Of a stretch of DNA of 64,000 nt, positions 63,380 through 64,000 are shown piece after piece. This DNA is from Selaginella moellendorffii (lineage: Eukaryota; Plantae; Lycopodiophyta). Each line of letters begins with the position of its first letter. Position 1 is the stretch's first letter. The notes below the pieces were generated by a model, which made no database searches, was not told the origin of the DNA, and saw nothing but the letters and a program-made list of their open reading frames with translations. The stretch is taken from positions 746,014 through 810,013 of the forward strand of contig NW_003314264.1 of NCBI RefSeq assembly GCF_000143415.4. The letters are read 5' to 3'. The position numbers were made by a program, and so were the translations under genes.

Positions 63380-64000
63380 TGTTGACGTGATATGGTCGAA
63401 GCTTGTTGAGGTTGACGATCTCAGTGAAGTCTTCGGTGAGTGTGCCGACTTTGGCGGTGCCGTTGGGGTATAGTTCAATGATTTTGAAAGGTCCTTGCCA
63501 GTTGGTGTGAAGTTTTCGGCCAAGTTTGTCGATGGGTCCTCGGTACCAGAGAACATGGTCGTCGACGCTGTATTTGGGAATCTTATGCCGGGATGCTTGT
63601 CGGTCATGTCGAGCCTTTCTCTGTTTTTGGATGGCATGAAGTGTCCAGAGGGCGTTGAGTCAGAGTTCGTCGAGATGTTCGAGTTGCTGAAGCCTTTCTC
63701 AAACTGCATGTCGGGTGTCGAGATTATACTTGACGGTGACTCGCATGCTTGGGACGATGAATTCAATTGGTGTGATGGCTTCTGTTCCAAAGGCGAGTTT
63801 GAATGGCGTCATGTCAGTGGTGACTTTATACGCAGTGCGATAGGCCCAAAGTACGTCGAGAAGTTTGTCGTCCCAGTCTTTGCCGGAATCGTTGATGACT
63901 TTTTTGAGGATGGTCTTCAGTGTTTTGTTCGTTGCTTCTGCTTGACCGTTGCCTTGAGGATAGTATGGTGTCGACGTTTTGTGTCGGATTTTGAACTCGG
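63380..64000 (-). pseudogene. Integrase C-terminal part with two in-frame TGA stops
   Basis: Manual translation of the minus strand gives the integrase core end and GPF module. Confidence 0.85.

Larger units (their letters stand above)
60658..64000 (-). mobile_element. 3' part of a non-chromoviral (Athila/Tat-like) Gypsy retrotransposon with extra ORFs
   Basis: Integrase STPYYPQGNGQAEATNK...WDDKL..VLWAYRT..K.TT.MTPF.L.FG and WQGPF. PPT-like AAAAGGGGGAA at 60822-60832. Candidate short LTR 60658-60814 (TG...CA), unpaired within the window. Confidence 0.8.

Overview
Plant genomic DNA, most likely a lycophyte such as Selaginella (inferred from ~45-60 nt introns, tightly packed genes, PLS-type PPR genes and a CVNH lectin). 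1-30 kb is a nested transposon block. An eroded Gypsy relic hosts Cassandra TRIMs (5S rRNA-like LTRs), which host a second LTR element. That hosts a complete chromodomain Gypsy element (8758-27592, TSD GTTCC), which carries a Cassandra TRIM and a 10.8 kb TIR DNA transposon (13973-24816, TSD GGAA, Sola-like DDD transposase). A second, inverted copy of this DNA transposon runs off the left edge (1-3509) and a 286 bp MITE derivative lies at 55758-56043. The best candidate for an undescribed system is this transposon family. Besides the transposase it carries a divergent multi-exon cargo gene whose product reads as ParB-like + degenerate N4C/N6A methyltransferase-like + acidic linker + FCP1/SCP-type HAD phosphatase. 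It also holds over 20 copies of a 22 bp palindrome (ATGGCRTG-N6-CAYGCCAT), about ten of them one per micro-intron. 32-54 kb is gene-dense: LEA_1, a conserved unknown protein, CVNH lectin, HDA19-like HDAC, SAP30/AFR-like, adenosine kinase, two PPRs, EF-P, AAA ATPase and ARID-ELM2-SANT. The window ends in the 3' part of a non-chromoviral Gypsy element with extra ORFs. All domain calls are by-eye motif recognition; no searches were run.
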